Positions 26,079-39,595 are shown, counted from the first letter of the stretch. The stretch: 64,000 nt of DNA from Paraspadella gotoi (GCA_051294375.1 CM119264.1:15835473-15899472), one strand, 5' to 3'. Translations and numbers: made by a program. Notes: generated from the sequence alone by a model not told the origin.

Positions 26079-27740
26079 CTACAAGAATAATCAACATTAA
26101 GACACAGCTAAATTAACATATAATAAAACAAGTTTGAGCAAATCGGATCTGCCCACGATCATTAGCGGTACTTAATTAAACATTAATTGACAATAGTTTG
26201 GTCAACTGACATAATTTGGTCAACTGACATAATTTGGTCAACTGACATAATTTGGTCAACTGACATAATTTGGTCAACTGGCAGAATTTGGTAAATCAAT
26301 CAAAGAGATTGAGAGAGGGAAACTTTTAAAACTTCAAATAAATGTGTCTTTTGGTTTTCTAATTTAAATTACTTTCCTACCCACACACAAAATTTCATTT
26401 CAATTTATCTATCCAATTTTAAATAAATATAATAATTATGAGTAAATATAAATAAAAATACTAAGTAAATATGACTTTTATTTTTTCCATTTAAACTCAT
26501 TTCCACTCGCACGATTCCATCAAAACTTTATATCCATTTCAATCACACACTTTCCTACCCACACACAAAATTTCATTCCAATCCATACATCCAATCACGA
26601 GTAATTGGAGTTTAATGCTAAGGGGGGATGGACGGATGGACGGATATCATTTTTTTTGCATAATTTATTATAATTTGGTTCTGATATGATAATAATGATT
26701 TCGCGACAATATTTTGGGGTGGGAACGACAAAGTAAATTATAGAATCGGAATCTGCTGATAAGCAGGATCCAAACTAAAAAAATGTCCCCGTCGGTTAGT
26801 CCGTCTTTCCGTCCCCCCTTAGCATTAAATCCAATTACTTCAAGTAATATGACTTTTGTTTTTTCCATTTAAACTTCCACTCGCACGATTCCATCAAAAC
26901 TTTATATCCAGCTCTATTACACACTTTCACAAAATTTCATTCCAATCCATCCATCCAATCACGATTAATTGAAGTTTAATGAAAAGGTGGGACAAACCTT
27001 CAGACAGACGGACATTGTTTTTTTTTGCTTAATTTCTCATAATTTGATGTTCTGACATGATTTAAGTGACTGCCCGACAACCTTTTAGGGTGGGACCGAC
27101 GGACCAACAAGGTGAATTATAGAGTCGGAATCTGCGATAAGCAGATCTGAATAAAAATTAATTTATTTGATTCGAAATGTTTGTTTTTGGGTCTGACCAA
27201 GATAAAAGCATCGACGATGATGGCGACGATGAAAATAATGCCGATAAAGATTGATTTGATTAATAGACTTTTTTTCCGCAACAAATGGTGATAGAAACTT
27301 CGGAAAACCACCATTCGATTCGAAATAAAATCCTCTTTCGAATGATGTGCTATATGATTAACTTATTTACAAATTTCCAAGTTCTACGTGCGTCAGATTT
27401 ATTATGGATTTAATTGAATGTAAAACTCCGATGTAGGTGTAATTTATTACAAATTAATAAAAAACTTGTTAATAGTATAAAACAAAATATTTTTAAACTG
27501 AAGAGACATTAATGATTGTTGTATGTTTGTTAGAAATGATTTTAAATCAAACAAATTCTTTTCGTGAATATCTGAATCACGTCAATTGGTATTAGTCTCA
27601 ACTTTAATGATTTTATATTATCTTGACTCTCATTGGTCGAATTCTACCAATAGTAGTTAATGATTGAATTCTCAATAATTTTAAAGAAGATCTCTCTTCT
27701 CATTGGTCCATTAAATTTAGTTTTTGTATAAAAGAAAGGG

Positions 27741-27993
27741 TATGGCAACAGCCGGGTTGCCTGTGATGGCCATTGGGATGGGGCATCTCTCACTGTGGGC
27801 TTGGGGCCTTCCGACCCTCAGTGACGCTTCCAGTCACTGGCGCGGTTACCCTAGGACGGTCTCGCTTTGCCAACGCAGAGGAAGTCGTTAGGACTGTGGA
27901 TGGAACACTACGCCTGGGATGGTGTGTTCCCCTCTGAGCCAATGGTTTTGGCTGACGGATGGTGGACGTGAGCGGTGTGAATATACCGCCACA
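27741..27993 (-). mobile_element. Family B solo-LTR-like element (twister 27795-27874) in myosin light chain intron 2
   Basis: Reverse-complement copy of 2593-2847 with an exact 4-bp TSD (AGGG at 27737-27740 and 27994-27997). Confidence 0.78.
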
Positions 27994-29471
27994 AGGGCAA
28001 ACTTTTATTTTTTGAGAGAATTGCCCTGGGACCATAAGGTAATTGATTGATTTACTGAAATTATTAAATAGTGGAATTAGTATTAATAAATGGTTATTTT
28101 TGTAGCTTTTGAGCTTCCACAGCTCTTCCACAGCGCTTCCAATGGCTCTACTGATTGCTATTCGATTGTCCTTATAAACTGTCAACTGAATTACAACTAA
28201 CTTCAATTAATACTACTAATCGCTTACGGTTATTGATGAGTCAACAATAAGAGAAATTAATATGAAGGATGCTCAATCGTGTTCCCAAGTCCGTAAGGAA
28301 ATGTGCAATCTCTAACAATGTTAGCAGATAGAGGGATGAGTATATTTCACTGGATTCCCCCATTTCTCTTCCCATTCTCGCTCGAGACACCATTTCTTCT
28401 CCTCTTCCCGCCTCTTTTTCCTCCCTTTCCCTTCCTCCTCATCGAGCGACGACAGAAGAGCAAAGAGAGAGATTTCGTTCTGTCTTGGGTTCTACTTCAG
28501 CTCGCGAGCTCCCTCTCAGAGAATATATTTTTTTTGCCTATTTTTTGGACTTTTCCTTTGACTTTACTCAGAGAGATAGAGATAAAAATGCGTGTATGAT
28601 TGAGAGAAAGAGAAAAAAAAATCTTAAAAGCATAAGGATCGTCGCAATCGCATACGAAAAATCTGGATTGACAACAAATTTTGATACTAAAAAAAAATAA
28701 AATTTGAGAAAAGAAAATTAATTTATAAACAAAAAGAAAAAATTTATTTTGCGATTGTCAATTAAAAAAAATAATAAAGTACCGAGGAAAATTAAAGTTA
28801 CAGTTTCTGTAAAAAAAAATTATTATCAAAAAATAAACTGATCAGCAGACGCAGCCCCTGAGAAAAAAAAAAGAGAGAGAGAGAAAGAAGCCAAATCGTT
28901 TTCGGACGAATCAGCAACGGCAGCAGCAGAGGCACCCAGAAAAAGAGAAAAAAATCAAAAGGCAGCAGAGCCAGCTGCAGACGACGCCACTTATGAGCAA
29001 AAGCGTTACAATATCATCGCAAACGCTAAGCGATTGTGACGATAAATAAAGAGAAGCTGGACAGCCGCTGCAGACCGAACTCGTTTTCAGACGAATCAGA
29101 AGAAACTGCGACGAAAAATAGAAAGAGCGACATATAATTAAAAGAGAGAGAAATAGAGAAAAACTGGACAGCCGCTGCAGAGCTGAACTCGTTTATATAT
29201 ATAAAAATTTTGTAAATAAAACAAACAAATGAGTGTAGGAATAAGAAACATAACAATTTAAAAGACCTCAATGATGAGAAGCCATATATATTATATATAT
29301 ATTATATAAATTTTCAGCTTCCTTTGGTACTCGAGCTATTTTTAATGTTAAAACAACGTGACAACGACGACTACGGTCAAAAGAAGCAGAAAAAAATTAA
29401 CATCTCGCCCAAGTCTGGCATTCGCCCGTCTGGCAAGATGAAAATAGGTAAACATTATTAATTGGCAAGAC

Positions 29472-29662
29472 CTGAATCCCTCGATAAAATCTTCGGCTGT
29501 GCAGGTCTCCTTGCGTTTGGCAACAGATTGATAAAGGGGGAGAAAGTTTTGAAAAGTTATCATGGTTTGTCCGTTTTGTTTTGCCTCCAGAACCAGTTTT
29601 TGAACTTCAGACTCAGTCGGGTTAAGACCAAGAGCGCGGAGAATGTCTCCGATCTTTGACGC
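29472..29662 (-). CDS. Myosin essential light chain, exon 2
   Basis: TAG|GCG acceptor, then ASKIGDILRALGLNPTESEV...ITFQNFLPLYQSV...EDFIEGFR, typical of MYL6/Mlc-c-like chains. Phase 2 donor. Confidence 0.92.
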
Positions 29663-31403
29663 CTATATGAAACGTTGAAAAAGTCAGCACTTTCCATAGC
29701 ATGAGATAAGATCAATTTATATGAAAACAAAAAAAAATAACATACAAGGTGACACACAACCCGCCGCTAGAAAAAAATCGACATTTACAAACCTGTGAAG
29801 ATTTTTTTTTTATCAGAAAGATTTTTTCTGTAGTAAAAAACAAAATCATTTATATATCCAAATTTCATATTGATTGGTTATGATTTGACAAGTTTGAGCA
29901 AACAATGCCGGATCTGCCCACGATCATTAGCGGTAAGCAGCTGATCTGATAATTAATAAATTATTAAATTAAATAATTAATTAATTAATATTTTTTGGTA
30001 TCCAAATCGTTTTACACTTTATCTCGACTATCAATCACATAACAATCTTTTTCATAAAATTAATTAATTAATTAATTACTAATTCATTAATAATTAATGA
30101 AGCTGGAATTTACATTAAATATAAAAAAAGCATAATCAAATAGTGAAATAGATTTTTTGTTTTTTCCATTTTAACTTATTTCCACAAGCAAACAATGCCG
30201 GATCTGCCCACGATCATTAGCGGTAATTAATTAATTCAAGTTAATTAATTAATTGATAAGTAAATTATTTAATAATAATTAATTGATAAGTAAATTAATT
30301 AATTAATTTGATCCGACATGTTTGTTTTTAGATCTTTTCGTCACTACGAAAGCAACGACGATGATAATGGCGAAGAGGACAATAATGCCAATAACGATTC
30401 ATTTATTGACTTGATTGATTGATTGATTAATTGATAAATGATTTTTTTGATTGATGATTAATTAATAGATAAATTGATTGATTGTATAATTAATTGTTTG
30501 ATTAATTGGCTGAATAATTAATTAATTTATTAAATTAATTAGTACCTACTACCTACCACAGAAAGTGACAAAATTTTTAAAAAAATTTTTCTAATTCTTT
30601 CCTACCCACATACAAAATCCCAGGTCAATCAGCCCATCTACTCATGAGCAATTGGTGTTCAAATAGTGAATATATTTTTTTTGTTTTTTCCATTTAAACT
30701 CATTTCCACTTGGACGATTCCATCGAAACTTCATATCCAGCTCAATTACACACTTAGCTATCCTTACACTAAATTTTATTCAAATCCATCCATCCAATGA
30801 CGAGTAATTGGTGTTTTTTGCTAAGGTGGGACGGACGGATGGACGGACGGACATCATTTTTTTTGCATAATTTATCATAATTCGATGTTCTGACATGATA
30901 TAAGTTATTGCCCGACAATATTGAGGGGGCGGACCGACGGAATTATAGAGTCGGGATCTGCTGATAAGCAGATCCGACTAAAAAAGGCGATCTATAATTT
31001 GGAACGCCGATAACGACGACGCTACTTATGTGCAAAACCACAGCAAAATCGTCGCAAACGCAAAGCGATTGCGACGATAAAAAAACTTTTTTAATTTTGA
31101 CATTTTCTATGGTGAGTACTATATATAAATATGGGCTATGCGAAAATTGACAAACAATTTCAAGTCAATCGCCCCATACAATCATGAGTAATGAGCAAGG
31201 GGGGACGGACAGAGAAGGACTACAATTTCTTCAATTTATCATAATTCGATATTCTGAGATGATGTAGTTGACTTACCAACAAGATTGTGGGGGACAGGGG
31301 GATCCGGCTAAAAATCTTCAAAGGTTTGAAAATGACAATTTTTTTCTAGCGGCGGGTTGCGGGGCGTCACCTTGTAAGCTAAGCAGTTTGCATGAGAACC
31401 TAC

Positions 31404-31487
31404 CTCGACTTTTCCGTTCCCCCGAGTCTCAAACAGAGAGAAGACTTCTTGAAATTCACAAATTTGATCTTCGCTAAGGCTCGACAT
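31404..31487 (-). CDS. Myosin essential (alkali) light chain, exon 1
   Basis: ATG at 31487, MSSLSEDQICEFQEVFSLFETRGNGKVE, then GAG|GTAGGT donor (phase 0). Confidence 0.9.
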
Positions 31488-34400
31488 TTTTATTTACTTT
31501 TTAAAATAAAAAATCTTTAACTGAAATAAAACTTTCAATAGCGAAGGCAGAGGATCGTAAATAAAACAGATTAATTCATGACTAAGACAGGTTTCGAGCA
31601 TAATTTTCATGCTTAGGATAATAAATATAAAGCAAATTCAATTTTATCACCGACCTCATGGGTTTTGACCAGTAAAGCCTTTTTTAGTCGAATCTGCTTA
31701 TCAGCAGATTCCGACTCTATAATCACTTGTCGTTTCACCTAATCTTGCAGTAATCCATATTCTGCCATCCGGATAAATATTGTAAAAGTAGTCTGTCGTC
31801 GCACTTTCGTGATCATGATGAAGGATTGTCTGGGTTAGAACTGTGTGATTGAGCTGATATAATATTTCAAATAATCCGTCGAGTGGAAATGAGTTTAATG
31901 GACAAAAAGTAACGTTACTGAATCTTTTTACTATATACCCAATATTACTATAATTAATCTAATGGATTAATGGGTTGAAGATGAATTTGTATGCGTATTT
32001 AGAAGTAAGTGATTGAACTGAATATAAAGTTTCGGTGAATCGTTGCAAGTGGAAATGAGTTTAAATATGTTGAATGATTAATTGATACACTTTCATTACA
32101 TTCAATAATTATTTCATCGCATCTACTATGATCGCATCAATCAAAAAATATAAATCAATATCAATAAATCTGAACATCGCTTTTTTTGACATGATTATTC
32201 AATGAATGACTATTATTTTAAGAAAAATGAACTTATCTTTTTAATTAATAACTATCATTATATCAATGATTAACTATCACCTTAATAATAACTGACTAAT
32301 CATCGCAACATCTACTAAAATTGCATAAAGAAATCATTATTATTGAATCAATAAATCTTTAACATAGTGAACTGATAGTAAAATTCAAGTTTAAAAAATT
32401 ATTCAACTTTAAATAAATGTAAGTTGAAAAAAAGCAAATTAAAATAACTATGCAAGTGTAAAATAATGAACAAAATATTTAAAATATTATTGATTTTATA
32501 GATATATTTCTAAATATTTTCAAGATTTGTTAAGTCTGTTATGATTTTGTGATTGTTTATGATCTGTAGACAGCCAAAGATTGTATTATGCATCTGTTTA
32601 GACACTTATCGTAGGCAGATCCGACATTGTTTGCTCAAACTTTCGTTGTTCATTTCTGTGAACAAAAAAAACTTTATTTTTCAAAGATCTCCAATATCCA
32701 GTAATAATTTTTTTTCAATAAAGAAATCAGGGATCTACTGAAAAAATGATCATAAAAAATTTACAATTATTTTAAAATAATTAAAGATTTTTAAAAATTA
32801 TATAATATAAAAAATATAGATACAAGATATTAATTGGTTTTTTAAAATAATATATCTTTTAAAATTTTTTGAATTCATGAGAATTCATCTAGGTTAGCAT
32901 CTTCAGCTTTAGCTTTAGTTAGTTACAAATTTCATAAAAATAAATAATGCATGATGAGGCTTTAAAATAACTAAAAAACATAATAAAATTAAAAAAGTCA
33001 ATTTGCATTTTTTATTAACATTTTTATAATAACTGATGCTGGAAAAGCTAAATTGGGTTATAAATAGCTTTTACTGTGTAGCTTTTTCATGCATACAGTT
33101 AATAATAATATGCATATTTTTATTATTTTAATTTTATAGGGTAGAGTAATGCGGTGTGATTCGTTATATGGAATACTGACATATAAAATTAAATAAAAAA
33201 ATTAAATTTTGAAATTAAATTCAAGAGGGGCGGGGGTTCAAAACTTTAGTCTTGAAGTCTACCTTCAGGGGCAGTGATTTTGATCGAGAAATTCAGCAAA
33301 AAAAAAACCACACTTTTGGAAATATTGCTAGAATATTATCAACAAAATTGATTAAATTAGAACCCTAAGACAAAGAGGGCTGGACTACGGATTAATTGAA
33401 ATCATTTGCTGCATTTTATTACTAAGAATCGATATCATTTTTGCTACTTTTAATAAAAAAAAAATTATGTCCATTTTGACTTGAGATTTGAAAAAAATCT
33501 TTTTACTCCGGCTTTCGGGTCCTTATCTTCTTTACCTCTGAGTCGGTTCATTTGCCGTTGGTCATCCATTGTTTGCCTATAAATTAATTTTCAAATTGAC
33601 TAGTCAAAAATTTATATTTTATTACAATTTGTTAAACGAAAATACTTCAAAATGTTCATAATTGTAATCAAATAGTCCTTATCAACGGTGCTTCTAGTAC
33701 ATAAAAAATTAGGGCAAAAAATATAATACTTTTAATGCAAAAAATCTTTTAAGTCAACTTTTAGTTTGTGAGGATTTTTGAGGTGCGTTTTATTTGAAAT
33801 AAAACTCGGCTTTTGACTTATTTTAGGCAGTGATTTTGATTTGGGTATTTTCAACAACCTCGACATTGGAGACTTAACTAATGTATTATTCTTTTTTTCT
33901 CTACTGATACTCAGTATCGAAAAATTTCTTTATTTAAAAACAACAGTTGGCGTAAATTATTTTCTCCTGTAAATACAGCATAGAACTCACTGGCGCTGAT
34001 TTCTCATTGCTTTCAAGATACTGGCTACATACAGAATTCTTTTTACGACCATGCATGTCTATTTACACCTCGTCATCAGCGCTTAATTAAGAAGAAACTA
34101 TGAAAACGCAATCTTTTCATGCGTAAGAGGCCAACTTTTTAAAACGATAAAAGATGCTCGTAGGATCTAACACGTTTTTTAGACCAAAAAACGGCGATGC
34201 TAATGAAATGGAATTGTATAATCTTTTTTCCTTTTCTTTCTCTCCCTCACTTCATTATTTTCTATTTCTTTCTCTTTTTGAACTTTCCGTCTCTGTCTTC
34301 CCTTCTCTGCTTTCTTCCCTGTTTTCTCACGTGTATATGTCGTGCGCGTTTTTCCGTCTCCTTAACTTTTCTCTCCTACAAAATTATCTGGAAACTTCAT

Positions 34401-35747
34401 GTCCGCTTAGTGTCTCTGGTAATATCTTAGCACCTTGGTATAGCAATTTTATGTTTCCTTGCTCGGTCTATCTCCCACTGTCTTTCTTCCGTTCTCCCTC
34501 TTTCTGATTTCTCTTCTTCGCAGTCTCCTCGATATTAATTCACCACTGGTCCGTTCTGTTCTTCTGCGTTACATCATGCTCGTGGATTCTCTTTTCCAAC
34601 TTAAGAAATTTCCTGTCTCTTCGCCCTAGCGCCATGCACTGACATTGACAGTTTCTTTCGCGACTCGTTTCGTCATTCTCCCTAACTCCTCTCCCTTTTT
34701 TGTTTTGCAGCACACAGTTGGACATCTTTCACTCAACTATCGCCCTATTTTTTCCGTTCTTAAGATCCTCTTAACTTATTCAGCTGTCTTTCTCATGCAA
34801 ACTTCACTTCTACTGCTGGCGCTTTTACCCTCTCTTCAACTTTAGAATCATTTTAACATCTATTCAGAACTTAGTACAGGATAGTATTATAATCCTATTT
34901 TTCTACCACGCAACTCTTTTTATATTGTGAGAGTTTATTTTTCAGATAAAAAGTCTAGTGGGCGTGTGTTTATTATATATCACGGCAAAGATTTTAGCGA
35001 AGCTCGTTAAGACTTGCCTAAGGCAGCCACGCCGATTCCTGAGATAAATTCGACACTTATTTTTGTCTACAAAATTTTTGATCTCTGCGCAAAAACGTGT
35101 TGATTTGGAGAAAAGAGGAGAGTCGGTATCTCGACAAGACCTCCGTCCATAAGACGATATAAAAGCGTAATCCGTTGCGTCTTGTGTGGTGAAAACGATA
35201 CCGGCCGGCGACTGAGAGTGAGAGTCGTTGCCTATTCGCTGAGTGCAAACTATATTTTTGCTGGTAGAAGCTTGAAGCAGGCTAAAAAACGAGTATGTGT
35301 AGTTGTTTCAGAAAGAGAACGGCGACGCGCTCGGCCTACAAAACCCACAAGCTTACGGACGGCGTGTGAGTGGGCTGTATGTTAGATTGTTTGTGTGTGT
35401 GCACGAACACAGCGAGTGAGCGCTTCGGCGGCGCGGGAATCTTGTTTGAACTTTTCAGAGCGCTTTTTAGGTCAGTGTGGATTTGCTATTTATATGAGTC
35501 TGCCACCGGTTGTAATATATTATTATTTGTATATTGCTGCACTCAGGGGAGACAGAATATTTCGGGTACAGGTCGCGGCTGAGACGAGAGAGAGAGGATC
35601 GAAAAGCAGTTAGTATGTATTGTGTTGAACGAGAGATAGTGTAGAGAGAAGATGAGAGAGACAGTGAAAAATTATTGAGAGATAGTGTGTTGGAGCTAGA
35701 TCAGAAATTTAAGTATTGATGTCATTTTAAATCAAAGTTAAACAATA

Positions 35748-36350
35748 TAGGGTTAGGCTTAGGAGGAAGGTACTGCGGAGGACATTAGGGATTAGGGTTG
35801 AGGCACCGGAGATGTACGGGAGGCCTGGGCCCGGTTTAGGGTTAGGGTTGGGAGAGAGGCCGCGTGGTTATATATCAAAGGCGATTAGGGTTAGGGTTGA
35901 GGTACGGAGATGTACGGGAGGCCGGGCCTGGGTTAGGGTTAGGGGAGAGGCATGGAGTTGAAGGGAGGCTTGGTTTAGGGTTGGGGGAGGGACCCATGGT
36001 TGATGCATCGAAGGGCGGTTAGGGTTAGGGTTGAGGCACGGAGATGTACGGGAGGCGGGCCTGGGTTAGGTTAGGGAAGAGGCATGGATTGAACGGGAGG
36101 CTTAGTTTAGGGTTAGTGTTGGGAAGGGGCCGTGGTGATGCATCGAAGGCGGTTAGGTTTGAGGCACGGAGTTGAACAGAGGGCTTGGTTTAGGGTTGGG
36201 GGAGGCCCGTGGTTGATGCAACAAAGGCGGTGTAGGTGTATAGGGTTGAGGCATGGAGATGTACGGGAGGCCGCAGGCCGGGTTAGGGTTAGGGGAGACA
36301 GAGCACAGAGTTGAACGGAGGTTTGTGGTTTAGGGTATGGGTTGGGAGAG
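35748..36350 (+). repeat. G-rich tandem repeat of about 130-140 bp containing TTAGGG units
   Basis: GGTTAGGGTTGAGGCACGGAGATGTACGGGAGG recurs about 4 times. Confidence 0.85.
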
Positions 36351-36708
36351 GAGCCTGTAGTGATGTTCATCCCCGTGTTAGCTGCGCTTTTCATTATATT
36401 CGCTACTTTTATCACTGGCGAGGTCACCAGTGGGGGGACTGGCGACATCGCAAAGCCCTGGCGATAAATTCGCCAGGCGATACATCGCTATTTGAATGAA
36501 CTACAACTTGGGTTATAGAGTAATATTAATTTTTTTAATTTATTCAATTTTTTAAAAAAATATGTAAATTTTTGTTTGAACAGGTGCTTAATACAAATTT
36601 CTTAACCACCTTACTGACTTTCCATGATTACAGTTACAACATTCCGATGCTGCAGCAGCAGCATTTTCAAAGCTTCTGTCACAGTCATAATTGATATAAT
36701 ATGACTAT

Positions 36709-37177
36709 AGTAGCGGTAGTATTTCATACCCCGCTACTCGTCCGAGAATCAGCAGCACCTATGGCGCCGGAGGAGCACGAGCTCCTCCCAACCCAAAGGA
36801 GTTGGGTTCGCGCCCTACTGATTCACCTAAGTAAAAGCGGGACGGGGCGTCGAACCCACCTGTAGTGACGGACTACAGCCCGATCCGACGTTCGGGACCT
36901 TGGGTGCAACGGACGGTGAACTGCTCGCGGCATCGTCTTCCACATTGGTGAGCCCACACTAACACGCTGGTACGTTAATACACCTCTGCCTGGGCATGTT
37001 AACCCACCTCTGCCCTCGACCATTGCGTGTGAAGACGGGAGCAGGAATAGGAAGGTCCTCCTAGAGTGCTCGGGCACAACGCGTGCATCATTGCCATCAC
37101 ACTTGCGCGGATGTGGGATGCCTTGGGGGGATGTGTAGTATTTCATACCCCGCTACTCGTCCGAGAATCCGCAACAC
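36709..37177 (+). mobile_element. Miniature non-coding LTR element (TRIM/LTR-retrozyme-like), family D
   Basis: 5' LTR about 36709-36944 ending CCACA, PBS TGGTGAGCCC at 36946-36955, internal region of about 189 bp, PPT GGGGGGA at 37125-37131, then TGTAGT... The segment 37135-37169 repeats 36716-36750 exactly (truncated 3' LTR). Confidence 0.8.
36824..36906 (+). ncRNA. Twister-like ribozyme, P5-type permutation (family D LTR)
   Basis: P5 CACCTAAG/CTTGGGTG, then GCGG-GA-CGG, GGCGTC and G^AA-CCC-ACC. P3 TGTAGT/ACTACA. P4 CCCGA/TCGGG closes loop TCCG-ACGT. T1 CCG/CGG and T2 AC/GT. Confidence 0.75.
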
Positions 37178-39595
37178 GGCGAAAAACAATACTTATTTGA
37201 AGGGAAGATGGGACAAAATGCAGTAATGTAAGGAAATAAAAAAAACTTTTGTCAAAAATACTAACATGATGGAAAAAATCTTAAAAGCATAAGGATCGTC
37301 GTAATTGCATGAAGAAAAATTCTGGTATTGACGACAAAATTTTGATACTAAAAAAAATCAATTTTGAAAAAAAAAAAATTTATAAACAGAAAGAAAAAGA
37401 AGAAAAGAATAATATAAAGAATAGAAAGGAAAGAAAAGAAAGAAAGAATAGAAAAAAAAATAGAAAGGAAGAAAAAATAGAAAAGGAAAGAAAGAATAGA
37501 AAGGAAAGAAAGAAAAGAAAAAAAGAATAGAAAGAAAGAAAGAATAGAAGGAAAGAAAGAATAGAAAGGAATAAGAGAAGGAATAGAAAGAATAGAAAGG
37601 AAAGAAAGAATAGAAAGAAAGAATAGGAAAAGAAAGAATAGAAAGGAAAGAAGAAAGAAAGGGAAAAAAAGAAATTAATTTATAAACAGAAGAAAAATTC
37701 TATTTTGTGATTGTCAATTTACAGTAGTTTCTGAAAAAAAAAAAAAAATCAGACTGACGAAGTGAAGTAAAGACTAAAGTGAAATAAAAACCCGATTGTA
37801 CTATAGCAAAATGATAACATGCACGAATGCGATGCCTAATTTTACGAGTTCAATCCCAATTCAATTTTTTTTTAATAAAAACACAGAAGAGAGAGAGAGA
37901 AAAGAAAGAAATCAAATGGCAGTAGCAAGAAGCAGCAGGAGAAAAGAGGAGAAAAGAGAGAGCCCCTGCAGAGCCAGCTGCAGACTCGTTTTTTTTTCCT
38001 ATGATTATGAATCAGTGAATAGGGAAAAGAGAGAGGGAGAGAGACATGTAATTAAAAGAAAAAAGAGAGAGAGAGAGAAATATGAAAATAAAAGAGAAAA
38101 TTTGTTTGTTTTGATAAAACGAAAACAAAAATCATATCTTAAGTAACTGTCCAGACTCAATTTTAAGCACCTTGATGATGAGAAGATGTATATAAATTTT
38201 CAGCTTCATAAACCCAAATTTAATCATAAAAAAGGCGATCTATAATTTGGAACGCCGACGACGATGCCGACGACAACGCCGACGACCACAACGCCGACGC
38301 CACTTATGCGCAAAAGTGTTACAATTGTCGCGGTTTGGTCTTTTTAAATATGAAAAATGATAAATACAAAAATGTTTTCAGATTGATATAAACAGTCTGG
38401 ATGTCTACCTTCTTGTCTGTGAAAATTTTTTTTTTTATTTTTCATTATATTTAACTGCAAACAAAAAGCTTGACACACTGCTTGTTTATCATAATAAAGT
38501 TTTAAAAAATTACATAGCTGGCAACATATTTGATAAAGCAAGACATTGTGTTAAATTGTATTGATAATTTTTTTTTAAATATAGCAAGGAATTTAATTCT
38601 ATTATTTATCATCCATTTTAATTAAGAAAAAATATTTCTCATAATAGCCTATTGGAAAGGGTTCATTGACTGACTTAATGATCAATTTTTTTAGATTTCT
38701 TTACTGCCCCCATTTCACAAGATATAAAAGGTCATGGTTATCATGTCAGTAAGTTCAGATTTTCTGTGCCTTTTCTGCAACCTGCATTCCGATTTTTTTC
38801 CCTTTCAAATGTATTAATTAAAAAAATTATTTGAGAGAACAATCGGCATGGGAAGAGGATAGCCGATGGTAAAATAAAAAAAACAGCTTAGTTACCCTAC
38901 TTCCCGATCAAATTTTTAAATATAGGTTTTTTTTTTATCTATTTGAGACATAACACTAACTATTGGTACTATTATTTTTTTATATTTTTTTACGGATCTG
39001 CTTATCAGCAGATCCGACTCTATAATTCACTTTGTCGGTCCGTCGGTCCGCCCCCTCAATATTGTCGCGGCACTAACTTATATCATGTCAAGACATCGAA
39101 TTATGATAAATTATGCAAAAAAATTATATCCGTCCATCCGTCCCACCTTAGCAAAAAACACCAATTACTCGTGATTGGATGGATGGATTTGAATAAAATT
39201 TTGTGTGGGTAGGGAAGTGTGTGATTGAGCTGGATATAAAGTTTCGATGGAATCGTCCGAGTGGAAATGAGTTTAAATGAAAAAAAACAAAAAACCTGTT
39301 TCACTAATCGATTATGATTTTTTTTCCATTAAATATATATGCAGGATGTATTAATAAATCAAATAAATTAATCAGTTAATTAATCAAAAGTTTTGACGGA
39401 ATTGTGCCAGTGGAAATGAGTTTAAATGGAAAAAATATAAGTCACATTTACTTTATTTTAAGGACATCGATGATGATAAGCTGTATATAAATTTATAATT
39501 AATTATTAAATATTAAAATTAATTAATTAATCGATTAATTAATTAATTTTTGTAAGCAGATCCGACATTGTTTGCTCAAACTTGTTTATTACAAT

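Noticed and set aside
34100-35700. Possible decayed LINE ORF1 or LTR
   Set aside because: Purine skew and higher GC, but no recognisable motif or terminus.
36716-37169. 35-bp direct repeat read as a long TSD
   Set aside because: It is GC-rich and element-like, recurs in part in the 52284-52355 fragment, and follows a PPT-like run, so an LTR start fits better.
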